DNA of 64,000 bases from the NCBI GenBank assembly GCA_964569605.1, contig CAZMUJ010000088.1:6281-70280 (forward strand), read 5' to 3'. This DNA comes from an uncultured Acidobacteriota bacterium. GTDB taxonomy: Bacteria > Acidobacteriota > UBA6911 > RPQK01 > CBDAPI01. Below, piece after piece: positions 37,405 through 48,116 of the stretch. A program made the position numbers and the translations under genes. How positions within the stretch are numbered: the stretch's first letter is position 1; each line of letters begins with the position of its first letter. Under the pieces are notes generated by a model. That model worked only from the letters and a program-made list of their open reading frames with translations, did not search any database and had not been told where the DNA came from.

Positions 37405-39120
37405 ATGAGCATTCGACCTTGGGTAGCAGTTATTCTTGTATTCGTTTTCCTATTATTTCTGACCTTATGTCTAAGTGTTTGGATCATTTGGACACTTAAT
37501 CGGCCTGCTTCTGTTTCTAAGAACACAATCGTAGAAGTTTCCATTAGTGGAACATTTAATGAAGTTCCCCGTGATAACCCAATACTTGAGGTATTTGAAT
37601 CAAAGAAGCTCTCCTTATATGACCTCTGGGAGTTATTTGACCTCGCCTCAAAAGACAAAGACGTTTCGGCCATTTATCTTGAAATACATCCTCTGGGTCT
37701 TACCTTTTCACAAATCGAAGAATTGAGGAGTAGCATACATAAGTTTCGGTCATCGGGGAAAAAGATTCACGCCTTTCTTTCTCTTGATATCGCCGGAGAA
37801 AATGAGATTTATCTAGCTTCTGCTGCTGACACACTTTTGATCAATCCAGGTGCAGGACTGATATTGAATGGACTTGTTGCAGAAATTCAATTCTATAAGA
37901 AATTGCTGGTAAAAGTTGGCATTAAGCCAGAGTTCATACAATTTAAGGAATTTAAAAGTCCTGAACAATACACACGGATAAATATGAGCCAATCTATCCG
38001 GTCGATGATGAAGTCTATCTTAGAAGATATGCAGGTTCGCTTTATTAAAGCAGTATCCAATGACCGCAAAATCAAAGAATCAGTGTTGCATGAGGTCATT
38101 AATATAGGCATTATTAACGCCTCAGAAGCTGCAGAACTAAAACTTGTTGATGCGGTTGGTTACCGACACCAAGTTCAGGATCGCTTAGCTAAGGATACCG
38201 GACGTTTACAATACAAAGGTATGCCTGCAAGAAACTATCTTGAGTCTGCACGATCACGTAAATCCTCCCAAGGCCCTCGTATAGCCCTTATTGGAGCAAC
38301 TGGATTGATTACCTCTGGAAAAAGTGATTACTTTGGACAGACATTGGGTGGAAGTTCCATGGCTGAGATTCTTCTCGAAATTCGTAAATCAAAAAAGTAT
38401 GATGCAGTTCTTCTAAGAATCAACAGTCCCGGAGGATCTGCTGTAGGGTCAGATATGATTTGGCAGGAGGTACAACTTTTGGAAAAGTCTGATATTCCGG
38501 TAATTGTGTCAATGTCCGGAGTAGCAGGATCAGGCGGTTATTATATCGCTATGGCAGCCAGTAAAATAATCAGCCATGCCAGCACAATTACTGGATCTAT
38601 AGGAGTTATATTTGGAAAATTTGACCTATCAGGACTTTATGAATTGGTCGGCATTAACACCGACCGGGTTAAGATATCTCCCAATGCGGATCTTCTTTCC
38701 TCTTCTACATCTCTGAGTCCAAAACAACGTGAAGCAATTACAAGCTGGGTGCAAGCAATCTATAATAGATTTGTCTCCAAAGCAGCTAGTGGAAGAGAAA
38801 TGGAGTTTGGACAACTTGAAGCGAAAGCACGGGGAAGAATCTATACTGGAGAACAAGCCCGAGCCATTGGCCTGGTCGATGATATCGGTGGTTTTGAAAA
38901 GGCCGTGGAACATATCCGAGCTGAACTGAACCTAAAGAAAGATTCACCGATACAACTCATCCTCCTGCCTAAGTCTAAAGGATTCTGGGAAACATTCACT
39001 GACCTAGGATCAATCCTGACCTTCCATTCCAATCCTCTAAAAGCATGGTTTACGGCCGCATTGAAAGAACTACAAACTCCTAGACCAAGACTTCTCTTGC
39101 CCAGTATACAGATCAACTGA
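37405..39120 (+). CDS. sppA: Signal peptide peptidase SppA (67K type, duplicated ClpP-like fold)
   Basis: N-terminal TM anchor and two S49 domains (GVAGSGGYYIAMAASKI, SITGSIGV). Confidence 0.75.
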   Translation: MSIRPWVAVILVFVFLLFLTLCLSVWIIWTLNRPASVSKNTIVEVSISGTFNEVPRDNPILEVFESKKLSLYDLWELFDLASKDKDVSAIYLEIHPLGLTFSQIEELRSSIHKFRSSGKKIHAFLSLDIAGENEIYLASAADTLLINPGAGLILNGLVAEIQFYKKLLVKVGIKPEFIQFKEFKSPEQYTRINMSQSIRSMMKSILEDMQVRFIKAVSNDRKIKESVLHEVINIGIINASEAAELKLVDAVGYRHQVQDRLAKDTGRLQYKGMPARNYLESARSRKSSQGPRIALIGATGLITSGKSDYFGQTLGGSSMAEILLEIRKSKKYDAVLLRINSPGGSAVGSDMIWQEVQLLEKSDIPVIVSMSGVAGSGGYYIAMAASKIISHASTITGSIGVIFGKFDLSGLYELVGINTDRVKISPNADLLSSSTSLSPKQREAITSWVQAIYNRFVSKAASGREMEFGQLEAKARGRIYTGEQARAIGLVDDIGGFEKAVEHIRAELNLKKDSPIQLILLPKSKGFWETFTDLGSILTFHSNPLKAWFTAALKELQTPRPRLLLPSIQIN

Positions 39121-39208
39121 ATCAGCACTAGATGAACTGGAACCTTTACAGAAGGAAAAAAGTTCTAGAACGCTGGAAATCCGTAGAAAAGCCCTTGAAA
39201 CACAACGG

Positions 39209-39628
39209 TTAGATACCCGTGACCTGGACAGCAATCATTCGATCTCTAGGACGGTTATCAAAATTAATCACAACAACCTGTTGCCAGGTCCCAAGTCTTA
39301 AATTAGCCTGCATAATTGGAATAGTGAGAGACGGTTTTAGTAGAGCGGCACTTACATGGGAAAACCCATTACCATCATTCCATCTTTCATTATGTTCATA
39401 GTAGCCTTCGGTCGGAGCCAGCCGTTGAAAAAGGGCTTCTACATCGGTTTTCAAGCCGTTTTCATATTCGACAGTCGTGACACCTGCTGTAGATCCAACA
39501 CTGAAAATACAAACCGTACCATTACAAACTCCTGATTCTTTCACTCTTCCTGCGACTTCATCTGTAATGTCAACCATGTCATGAACCGCCTTGGTCGACA
39601 CTTGCAGGGTGTAATTTTCAACAATCAT
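39209..39628 (-). CDS. YjbQ-family (UPF0047) secondary thiamine-phosphate synthase-like protein
   Basis: 139 aa, with GTVCIFSVGSTAGVTTVEYENGL ... LGTWQQVVVINFD, the YjbQ pattern. Confidence 0.7.
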   Translation of the reverse strand: MIVENYTLQVSTKAVHDMVDITDEVAGRVKESGVCNGTVCIFSVGSTAGVTTVEYENGLKTDVEALFQRLAPTEGYYEHNERWNDGNGFSHVSAALLKPSLTIPIMQANLRLGTWQQVVVINFDNRPRDRMIAVQVTGI

Positions 39629-39677
39629 TTAGAAAGTACAATGACTTAACATGGTCTCCTGTAGAAAATCTTGCGAG

Positions 39678-40703
39678 TCAATCCCACTTTTCGTCATAAT
39701 TCCCTGATCTAGCAGCAGAATTACATTTAGCACGATGATAAAGTGCATTTTGACCATCCTTAATGCGCTTTGGATTTCCTCCCCAGGTCACTAAAGTCGA
39801 AGCCTGCAGAGCTCTACCAAAGGAAAAGCTAAGCTGCCAAGGAGTTCCCCCTATCAGATTCATTGCGTTGAGATTTCGACTTGCTTCAATCTCGCTTTGG
39901 CCACCGGACAAAAAAACAATTCCTGGCACAGCTGCTGGGACAGAGCGCAAAAAACATCGTATGGTGGCTTTGGCAATCTCTGCTGTTGATGCCTGTGCAG
40001 ACGAATCCACACCAGATAAAACCATATTAGGCTTCAAGCAAATCCCCTCAAGGCTTACTTTATTGATATAAAGAGCCCCAAACAACGCTTCTAGGGTCTC
40101 CCTGGTAACTTCTTCACAACGTTCGATGCTATGGTCTCCATCCATCAGAATTTCCGGCTCTACAATAGGAACCAGACCTGATTCTTGACTCAAAGCAGCA
40201 AAACGAGCCAGGCTCTGAACATTAACATTAATACATTTTGAACTTGGGATTTTCCTTCCAATCTTGATCACTGCTCTCCATTTTGTAAAGGAGGCCCCTA
40301 ATTCTCGATATTCTTCCAAACGTGATCTTAATCCATCCAACCCCTCAGTCACCTTTTCTCCCAAATCTCCCTCCAAAGGCTTGGTACCTTTATCGACTTT
40401 TATCCCGGACAAAATTCTCTGAGAATTGAGTAGTTCTGGGAAAAGAACACCGTCATCTGTTTCCTGACGTAAGGTCTCTTCAAAAAGAATAACACCACTA
40501 ATGAATTCACTGAGTCCTGGAGTCGTAAACAACATTTGGCGATAAACACGTCGATTTTCCTCATTTGATTCTACTTGAATTTTTTCAAATCTCTTCTTAA
40601 TGGTGGGGGTGCTCTCATCCGCAGCAAGCACCCCCTTATTAGGAGCTACCAAACGTCTAGCAACTTCAGTTAAATCTTCTTTTTTCATCTGGTCCCTTTC
40701 CAC
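39678..40703 (-). CDS. fba: Fructose-bisphosphate aldolase, class I (eukaryote-type Schiff-base aldolase)
   Basis: KGVLAADESTPTIKKRF, FEETL and LSGGQS motifs with a class I glycolytic aldolase overall pattern. Confidence 0.8.
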   Translation of the reverse strand: MERDQMKKEDLTEVARRLVAPNKGVLAADESTPTIKKRFEKIQVESNEENRRVYRQMLFTTPGLSEFISGVILFEETLRQETDDGVLFPELLNSQRILSGIKVDKGTKPLEGDLGEKVTEGLDGLRSRLEEYRELGASFTKWRAVIKIGRKIPSSKCINVNVQSLARFAALSQESGLVPIVEPEILMDGDHSIERCEEVTRETLEALFGALYINKVSLEGICLKPNMVLSGVDSSAQASTAEIAKATIRCFLRSVPAAVPGIVFLSGGQSEIEASRNLNAMNLIGGTPWQLSFSFGRALQASTLVTWGGNPKRIKDGQNALYHRAKCNSAARSGNYDEKWD

Positions 40704-40730
40704 TTAATAATGAGATAATTCCCAATTATC

Positions 40731-42050
40731 TCATTCTTGATAATAGTCTAATCCGAGATGTGTTATTTGATCTTCCCCTTTTAAATATCTTAACGTATTT
40801 TTGAGTTTCATTAGCTGTATAAAAATATCGTGTTCTGGATATAGTTCAGGAGGAATCATTGGACTTTTAAAGTAGAACGACAACCATTCTTGAATCCCAG
40901 ACATCCCGGAACGCTGGGCTAAATCCAAGAAAAGAGCAAGGTCCAAAACTAAGGGCGCTGCCAAAATACTATCTCGGCACAAAAAATCAATCTTTATCTG
41001 CATTTGATAACCTAACCAGCCAAATATATCGAGATTATCCCATCCTTCTTTGTTGTCACCACGAGGAGGATAATAATTAATGCGAACCTTGTGATAAAAG
41101 TCCTTATAAAGCTCAGGATAAACATCGGGTTGTAGAATATAATCTAAAACACCGAGTTTGCTTTCTTCCTTAGTCTTGAATGAACCAGGATCATCTAGAA
41201 CCTCTCCATCTCGGTTACCTAAAATATTAGTAGAAAACCAGCCTGAAAGCCCCAATAAGCGAGATTTAAGACCAGGAGCAATAATTGTTTTCATCAAAGT
41301 CTGACCTGTTTTAAAGTCTTTGCCTGCAAGTGGAACCCTATTCTGATCCGCCAGTTCAAACATCGCTGCCATATCAACTGTAAGGTTTGGGGCTCCATTA
41401 GCAAATGGAATCCCCAACTTTAGAGCTGCATAGGCGTAGATCATGCTCGAAGCTATCTCTTCGTTATTAGAGCAAAGCCCTGCCTCAAACTTTTCCAAGC
41501 TAGAATGGACCTCACTGGGAGAAATAAAAATTTCAGTACTTCCACACCAAATCATGACAACCCGTTGTATGTCATGACGTTGTTGGAAATTCTGAATGTC
41601 TTTAATTAATTGTTCAGCCAAATCCATTTTACTGGATCCTCTTTTCGTAAAAGAACCATCTAGCTTTTTAACATAGCGACGATCAAACACTCCTCTCATG
41701 GGTCGAATAGCACGAAGTTCCTCTTCTAATTTCTCGAGGAGATCACCACCCAAAACACCGGCTTTAGTTGCCGCCTCAAAACAATCATCACCGAAAATAT
41801 CCCAACCCCCGAACACCAGATCGTTAATCTCTGCTAACGGAACAAAATCCTTGATACGAGGTACACGTCCTTCTGTTCTCTTCCCTAAACGGATAGTTCC
41901 CATCTGACTAAGAGACCCAATAGGTGATCCGAGGCCCTTTTTAATCGCTTCTACACCAGCGATAAAAGTGGTACTGACAGCTCCCAAACCAACCAACAAA
42001 ACACCAAGTTTGCCTTTAGGTTCATTGACCTTAATGAATCTATTCGTCAT
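40731..42050 (-). CDS. ino1: myo-Inositol-3-phosphate synthase
   Basis: The NAD-binding N-terminus (KLGVLLVGLGAVSTTFIAG) and the conserved core (SYNHLGNND-like region, LAGKDFKTGQT) are MIPS-like. The stop is 8 bp from the glyS start side. Confidence 0.8.
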   Translation of the reverse strand: MTNRFIKVNEPKGKLGVLLVGLGAVSTTFIAGVEAIKKGLGSPIGSLSQMGTIRLGKRTEGRVPRIKDFVPLAEINDLVFGGWDIFGDDCFEAATKAGVLGGDLLEKLEEELRAIRPMRGVFDRRYVKKLDGSFTKRGSSKMDLAEQLIKDIQNFQQRHDIQRVVMIWCGSTEIFISPSEVHSSLEKFEAGLCSNNEEIASSMIYAYAALKLGIPFANGAPNLTVDMAAMFELADQNRVPLAGKDFKTGQTLMKTIIAPGLKSRLLGLSGWFSTNILGNRDGEVLDDPGSFKTKEESKLGVLDYILQPDVYPELYKDFYHKVRINYYPPRGDNKEGWDNLDIFGWLGYQMQIKIDFLCRDSILAAPLVLDLALFLDLAQRSGMSGIQEWLSFYFKSPMIPPELYPEHDIFIQLMKLKNTLRYLKGEDQITHLGLDYYQE

Positions 42051-42058
42051 ACAAATCC

Positions 42059-44113
42059 TTAATCTTCCACTTTTATTTGTCTAATCATTGAAATATCTGC
42101 CACCTGGAGAAACATTCTTGAAATACTCGATAGTAATCGTAGGCGGTTTCTTCTCAGCTCACAATTCTCCGTCAATACCATGACTTCTTCAAAAAACTGA
42201 TCGACCTTACCTCTAAGACTTGCCATTAGATTCAAAGCTTTTAAATAGTTACCAGAATCAAGCTGTTGAGCTATATCGTGGTCTAAAACTAAGAATTCCT
42301 GAAAAAGATCTTTCTCTGCTTTTTCAACAAGATGTACTTCACCCACCTTTAGCTCATCTATTTCCTGATCATCAAGGATATTCTTGATGCGTTTATAAGT
42401 AACTGTTAGTGCTTCAAACTCCGGCTCTAATCGGATTTCCTGAAGGGCTATAGCCTTTTTAAATATATCAGAAACAGAACCCAGGCCAGGCTCCAAAACA
42501 GCCTTGATAACATCATTCTCTAGTCCCTGCCTTGTTAGTATTGTATGTAACCGTCGGTCCAAATATTTCCTGATTTCCTCCTTGAATTCTTGACCAGAGC
42601 CTAAAACTCCCAGAGAAAACCTCAGCAAATCATCGATGGTCCAATCAAACCCGCAATCTAAAAGTATCCTAATTAAGCCTTGCGCCTGCCTTCTGATAGC
42701 AAAAGGATCGCTTGAACCCTTAGGACGAATCCCAATACTAAAACAGGCGGTAATCGTATCTAACCGGTCAGCAATTGAAAGTAAAGCTCCATTTTTGGTG
42801 TTGGGCAAGGGGTCCTTAATGGAAACGGGCTGATAATGTTCGTATATTGCCTGCCAAACCTCGTGAGGATATCCTTCCTCACGAGCACAAAGACCTCCTA
42901 TAATTCCTTGGAGCTCACTTATTTCAAAAACTGATTCCGTAGTTAAGTCAGTCTTACAAAGAAGGGCTGCCTGTTGTAATGAATCATTCTTAGGACTTAG
43001 CAACGAACAGATTGATTGAATACGCTTTGTTTTTGACAGATAGGTTCCCAAGTTTTTCTGAAAAGTAACACTGGCAAGATCCTCAACCCTCTCCTGCAAG
43101 GTTTTCTTACAATCTGAATTCCAGAAAAATACAGCATCATCCAAACGAGCTTGTAGTACCCGTTCATGGCCTTTTCGGATAAGCCCATCTGGGTCTTTCC
43201 CATTATTTATTATCGCCAAGAAAAAAGACTTGAGTTTCCCTGACTTGTCTATGACAGAAAAGTATTTCTGGTGATGCCTCATAACTGTCACTAGAATCTC
43301 TTTGGGCAATTCCAAGAAGGACTTCTTGAATCGACCTAATATAGCGCTTGGACGTTCATTGAGAAAACAGGTCAGCTCTATCAGATCTAAATCTTCCACC
43401 AAAGTGCAACTCTTGGGAGTCAGGGCTGCCAGCTCTCTAATAATTAGAGAGCGCCGTTCCTCGATATCTACAAAAACCGAATTCTCATGTAGAACATCCA
43501 CATAACATTTCGCATGAGGTATTGAGATAGTCTGCGCTCCCAGGAACCTATGACCTGAGCTCTGTCGATCTGTCTTTATTCCCTCAAATTCAAAATCCAC
43601 AATCTCTTCATTCCAAAGGGCAATAATCCAACGGATAGGACGCACAAAACGAAATCGACTTTCCCTCCAGTACATATTCTTGGGCCAATTTATCGCAGTA
43701 ATCACATCTCCCATGCCGGCAGCAATGATTTCCTTCGTTAGAACACCTGGATTAATCTGACGATGTCCAAGATAACGGCCCTTCCCAGTTTCAATAATTT
43801 CAAGTCGATCTATTTTTATTCCATATTTACGGGCAAACCCCCTGCCCGCTTTAGTAAGACTCTGGTTAGATCCGTATGCGATTTCCTCAGGAGGCCCTAT
43901 AATCGTTTCAGATTGGTCAGGTGCCCTTTCGGGTAAATCTTCTGCAAGAAAGGCAAGGCGTCTAGGTGAATTATAGCCATGGATCAGAGAAGGACACACT
44001 GAATATTTTTCAAGCAACTCCTGAAAACCCTTGAATAGCTGCGTTGTAGCAGGTTGAATCATTGCCGCAGGGATTTCTTCAGTTCCTAGCTCAAACAGAA
44101 ACTTGTTCATCAA
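42059..44113 (-). CDS. glyS: Glycine--tRNA ligase beta subunit
   Basis: 684 aa with a GlyS N-terminal pattern (FELGTEEIPA) and downstream synteny with glyQ. Confidence 0.85.
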   Translation of the reverse strand: MMNKFLFELGTEEIPAAMIQPATTQLFKGFQELLEKYSVCPSLIHGYNSPRRLAFLAEDLPERAPDQSETIIGPPEEIAYGSNQSLTKAGRGFARKYGIKIDRLEIIETGKGRYLGHRQINPGVLTKEIIAAGMGDVITAINWPKNMYWRESRFRFVRPIRWIIALWNEEIVDFEFEGIKTDRQSSGHRFLGAQTISIPHAKCYVDVLHENSVFVDIEERRSLIIRELAALTPKSCTLVEDLDLIELTCFLNERPSAILGRFKKSFLELPKEILVTVMRHHQKYFSVIDKSGKLKSFFLAIINNGKDPDGLIRKGHERVLQARLDDAVFFWNSDCKKTLQERVEDLASVTFQKNLGTYLSKTKRIQSICSLLSPKNDSLQQAALLCKTDLTTESVFEISELQGIIGGLCAREEGYPHEVWQAIYEHYQPVSIKDPLPNTKNGALLSIADRLDTITACFSIGIRPKGSSDPFAIRRQAQGLIRILLDCGFDWTIDDLLRFSLGVLGSGQEFKEEIRKYLDRRLHTILTRQGLENDVIKAVLEPGLGSVSDIFKKAIALQEIRLEPEFEALTVTYKRIKNILDDQEIDELKVGEVHLVEKAEKDLFQEFLVLDHDIAQQLDSGNYLKALNLMASLRGKVDQFFEEVMVLTENCELRRNRLRLLSSISRMFLQVADISMIRQIKVED

Positions 44114-44207
44114 TCACCATATGGGTATTGTTTAGCGAGACAAGTATTTTAGCCTCACTTCCAAGAACCGTTTTTAACATCAATATTTTAGCTACCATTT
44201 CATAATA

Positions 44208-45050
44208 TTACGTCGTCTCTTCAAGATATCCCTCAGCCACCGACACCGCCAGACATCTAACTCTTGTGATTAAATCAACTCTCTCTGTAACACTTATTGC
44301 TCCACGACAATCTAGAAGATTAAATGTATGCGAGCATTTCAAGCAATAGTCATAAGCAGGAAGAACACAAGACGCTGCAAGAGCTCTCTGACACTCTTTC
44401 TCAAAAAGGTCAAACATCTCAAAAAGTGCATCTTTATTAGCTACATCAAAACTATATTTTGAAAACTCATATTCTTCCCTCTTCCTTAGGTCCTTATAAC
44501 TGTATTGATTATTCCATTCCAGGTTGAAAACGCTATCTGTATCGTTGAGAAACGACGCAATACGCTCTAAACCATATGTGAGTTCTACCGAGATAGGCAT
44601 TAGATCTTGACCACCTGCCTGTTGAAAATAAGTGAACTGTGTTATTTCAATCCCGTCCAGCAAAACCTGCCAACCAATTCCCCAAGCCCCCAAAGTTGGA
44701 CTTTCCCAATTATCTTCTTCAAATCGTAGATCGTGTTTAGGCAGTTCTACACCTAACTCTGTGAGACTTTCCAAATAGAGTTCTTGAACATCAACTGGAG
44801 GTGGTTTTAATATTACCTGGAGCTGATAATGTTTGTAGACACGATTAGGGTTTTCACCATATCTTCCATCAGAGGGTCTTCTTGATGGCTGGACATAAGC
44901 AACTTTCCAGGGATCCGGTCCCAAAACTTTAAGAAATGTCTCCGGATGCATTGTTCCAGCTCCAACTTCGAGATCATATGGCTGTTGAATAACACAGTCT
45001 CTCTTTCTCCAAAACTCTAAAAGTCGACGAATAAGCTGTTCTAAGGTCAT
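44208..45050 (-). CDS. glyQ: Glycine--tRNA ligase alpha subunit
   Basis: Highly conserved GlyQ sequence ([18 protein letters not shown]...[19 protein letters not shown]). Confidence 0.9.
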   Translation of the reverse strand: MTLEQLIRRLLEFWRKRDCVIQQPYDLEVGAGTMHPETFLKVLGPDPWKVAYVQPSRRPSDGRYGENPNRVYKHYQLQVILKPPPVDVQELYLESLTELGVELPKHDLRFEEDNWESPTLGAWGIGWQVLLDGIEITQFTYFQQAGGQDLMPISVELTYGLERIASFLNDTDSVFNLEWNNQYSYKDLRKREEYEFSKYSFDVANKDALFEMFDLFEKECQRALAASCVLPAYDYCLKCSHTFNLLDCRGAISVTERVDLITRVRCLAVSVAEGYLEETT

Positions 45051-45175
45051 TTCCCCATCATTTCTACAAAAGGATTTTACAGGTTTTCGAAAGCCTAAAT
45101 GTTTAAGAACAAGGATTTAAATTCATTGTCACCGAGACCAGACGAGGCACAACTTCAATTTCGAATTAATGTTCT

Positions 45176-45820
45176 TCAGAGAATTTCCTTTAATATTCTT
45201 CGACTTTTCAGCTTCTTTTCTAGATGAGATTCTATCAGCTCTTCTGAAAACCTTCCTAACCGCTCCAACTCTCCCAATTCTAATCCTTGACTATCCAGTT
45301 TGTGAGGTGGGGTGGCCATATAACTATGTGTCTTAGATGCCAGCTTCTTGGGAAGCTTAGTATCTAGGTCTGGAAGGATTCCCTCTAGGCGCAGCATCCA
45401 AAGTTCGAAGTAACGCGAAAGTATTGCAATTGGGATACCTCCAGAAGAATTCAAAACTGCTAAAATAAGTCTAAAACTTTCCTCTGAAGGTTTCCCTTCA
45501 CTCGTAAACTCCTGTAATAACTCTGAAAAATAAGCAAAGTGAAGTTTCTTCTCCCAAGCTAGCTCGTAAGCTGGATAAGCATTAATAATCTCCAAATCTC
45601 GTAGAACCACCAGCTCTTGGCCTTCTTTACTAGAATAAGTAATCCGGGAATAGGTTAAGGGTTCCAATCCGCTACCAAAGCGCCGATTTTTTCCACCCTT
45701 AGCACCATAGGCTATGCTTCTCAACTGTCCATTGTTACGAGTCAAGAAAATTACTATCAGATGAGTCTCTGAATATGGATAACTCCTGAGAGTAAGTGCA
45801 TCAGAATGATCATGGCTCAT
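45176..45820 (-). CDS. recO: DNA repair protein RecO (short form)
   Basis: The RecO N-terminal OB-fold (ALTLRSYPYSETHLIVIFLTRNNGQLRSIAYGAKG). Overlaps mgtE by 4 nt. Confidence 0.6.
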   Translation of the reverse strand: MSHDHSDALTLRSYPYSETHLIVIFLTRNNGQLRSIAYGAKGGKNRRFGSGLEPLTYSRITYSSKEGQELVVLRDLEIINAYPAYELAWEKKLHFAYFSELLQEFTSEGKPSEESFRLILAVLNSSGGIPIAILSRYFELWMLRLEGILPDLDTKLPKKLASKTHSYMATPPHKLDSQGLELGELERLGRFSEELIESHLEKKLKSRRILKEIL

Positions 45821-47169
45821 CCGCCGAAGGCTCCTAAAAAAAAAGCCGCTAACGCAAGAAAAGAGAAAAACCCAATGATATCAGTTAGTGTATGAAGAAA
45901 TATCCCCGAAGAAACAGCCGGATCAATCCCAACTCGATTGAGTATCATTGGAATGAGTGTACCTAGTATTCCAGAAAGCAAAATTGTACAAAGCATAGCA
46001 CCGGCAAGTGCCACACCCACTGAAAGATTTCTTCCAGACCAAATGTAGCCCACTCCACCCGATAAGAGTCCCAAAACCATTCCGTTCGAAACACCTACTA
46101 GTAACTCTTTGGTGAAAACTTTTCGAATGTTCTTCCACCTGACCTCCCTAAGAGCCAGACTTCGAACTGTTAAAGCCAGTGCCTGAGTTCCAGAATTACC
46201 TCCCATTCCTGCCACAACTGGTAAGAAAACAGCAAGAGTGGGAAGACTAGCAATTGTTTCTCTGTAGAAATAGACAACTGTTGCTGCGATAAGTGCCAGG
46301 GCCAAATTAAGACCCAGCCAGGGTAATCTTTTTGTTACGGAATTACGGGTAGTGCTATTAAAAGTATCATCAGCCTCCACTCCCGCTAAATGAAGAATGT
46401 CTTCAGTGGCTTCTTCCTTGATAACATCAATCACATCATCAACGGTAATTACCCCCACCAGCTTATTTGCATAATCTACCACCGGTATAGCCAACAAATC
46501 GTAGAGGGCTACTTGGTTAGCTACTTCTTCCTGGTCCATCTCTGTAGATACAGAAATCATCTCACTAGACATGATTTTCTTAAGAGGAGTTCTGGGTTTG
46601 TTCATCAGTAGCTGTCGTAGTGAGACAACACCAACCAGATGGCCATGGTCATCCACAACATATAAATAGAACACCATTTCAAATTCGTCTGTCTTTTGAA
46701 TGGTCTGAATAGCCTCGTTTACTGACAGGTTCTCTTCGAGAGCAAATACATTGGGGGTCATGATGCGTCCTGCTGTTTCTTTCTCATACTGCAGGAGGCC
46801 TTGAACTTGTATAGATTCCTCCAGGCTCATATTTTCAAGAACCTGATTAGAAAGTTCTTTAGGAAGATCCGAAATAAATGCAGCCCGATCGTCAATCTCA
46901 ACTTCTTGCAAAACACTTGAGGTATCTTGAACGGTTAAAGAAGTTAGCATTAGGATCGCTTGTTCAAGACCAAGATCTGTGATCGTTTCCGCAGCTAATT
47001 TCTTGTTTTCCCTTACGAGAAAAGAGAAAATACGAACCTGTTCAGGAGATTTGAGCTCCATTATAACTTGAGCAATATCGCCAGAATGCAACTTCTGCAA
47101 TACGCGAATGGCTTTGTTAAATTCACCATGGCGAAGTAAATGTCTGACAGACCTGGCTACACCCCTCAA
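45817..47169 (-). CDS. mgtE: Magnesium transporter MgtE
   Basis: An N-terminal domain, tandem CBS domains, and a C-terminal TM domain carrying the GGNSGTQALALTVRSLAL motif. Confidence 0.85.
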   Translation of the reverse strand: MRGVARSVRHLLRHGEFNKAIRVLQKLHSGDIAQVIMELKSPEQVRIFSFLVRENKKLAAETITDLGLEQAILMLTSLTVQDTSSVLQEVEIDDRAAFISDLPKELSNQVLENMSLEESIQVQGLLQYEKETAGRIMTPNVFALEENLSVNEAIQTIQKTDEFEMVFYLYVVDDHGHLVGVVSLRQLLMNKPRTPLKKIMSSEMISVSTEMDQEEVANQVALYDLLAIPVVDYANKLVGVITVDDVIDVIKEEATEDILHLAGVEADDTFNSTTRNSVTKRLPWLGLNLALALIAATVVYFYRETIASLPTLAVFLPVVAGMGGNSGTQALALTVRSLALREVRWKNIRKVFTKELLVGVSNGMVLGLLSGGVGYIWSGRNLSVGVALAGAMLCTILLSGILGTLIPMILNRVGIDPAVSSGIFLHTLTDIIGFFSFLALAAFFLGAFGG

Positions 47170-47255
47170 ATTTACTACCTCTCTGGAAAACTGTTTTAAC
47201 TATATGAAGAATTTAAGATTGACTAACTGGAGGCAAGTACATCTGTGAATCACTC

Positions 47256-48116
47256 CTACTTGACTCTTGCTCCTCGAACACGCAACCAGCGAGAGTAACG
47301 TAACCGATATCTCGAAAACTGGTACATGTGTGTGATGGGTCCACTGAAAAAATACGAGTAGGCCAACACCAAAAAGGCATAGCGAGTATAGAAAAAGATT
47401 CCAGCCAATAAGATCGCAAGAGTAAGGATAACCAAATGAGACTTACCCTTTCCCAAATCAAGTTGTTTCACTGAAGGGTATCGAACAGTACTTATCATCA
47501 GCAAGGATATTAGGTAAGTTACTCCTACCAAAGCAGGCTTAAAAAAAACTGTTTCTGGTGGTTCAGGACAAAAATAAACTGTCGCAGCAACGAATCCAGC
47601 AGCTGCAGGAATGGGCAGACCTGCAAAATGTTTTAAATCACCAACCTGAATGTTAAATCTAGCTAGGCGCATAACTCCGCAAATAAGAAATACAAAAGCT
47701 GAAAACCGAGCAAATCTCCCGAAATCAGCTAGTCCCCAGGAATAGATTAGTACAGCAGGGGCAATCCCAAAACTGATCACATCCGCTAATGAATCAAGTT
47801 GCACACCAAAATCACTAGTGACTTTCACCAGCCTTGCCACTCGACCATCAAGACAATCAAGTATTATAGCTACACCTATTGCGATTGCTGCTTTCTCAAA
47901 TTCCGCACCTAAAATTGCAATCAAGGCCAGAAAACCGGCAAAAATATTTCCCACCGTAAAGATTGAAGGGAGGATATAAATCGTCCTCTTCAGCTTGCGC
48001 CTACCCTTCGATGGCAATCTCTGTTCAATTTCTCGATCTGTCACTCTTACTCTTCCTAATTGCAATAATACTTGAACCGCCTCGAACCTGATTTCCCGTC
48101 TCAACAGTAACAACAA
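47256..48116 (-). CDS. pssA: CDP-diacylglycerol--serine O-phosphatidyltransferase (CDP-alcohol phosphatidyltransferase family)
   Basis: DCLDGRVARL (the D-x2-DG-x2-AR motif) on a polytopic membrane protein. The listed ORF start overlaps psd by 92 nt. The real start is probably downstream (non-ATG). Confidence 0.7.
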   Translation of the reverse strand: MLLLLRREIRFEAVQVLLQLGRVRVTDREIEQRLPSKGRRKLKRTIYILPSIFTVGNIFAGFLALIAILGAEFEKAAIAIGVAIILDCLDGRVARLVKVTSDFGVQLDSLADVISFGIAPAVLIYSWGLADFGRFARFSAFVFLICGVMRLARFNIQVGDLKHFAGLPIPAAAGFVAATVYFCPEPPETVFFKPALVGVTYLISLLMISTVRYPSVKQLDLGKGKSHLVILTLAILLAGIFFYTRYAFLVLAYSYFFSGPITHMYQFSRYRLRYSRWLRVRGARVK

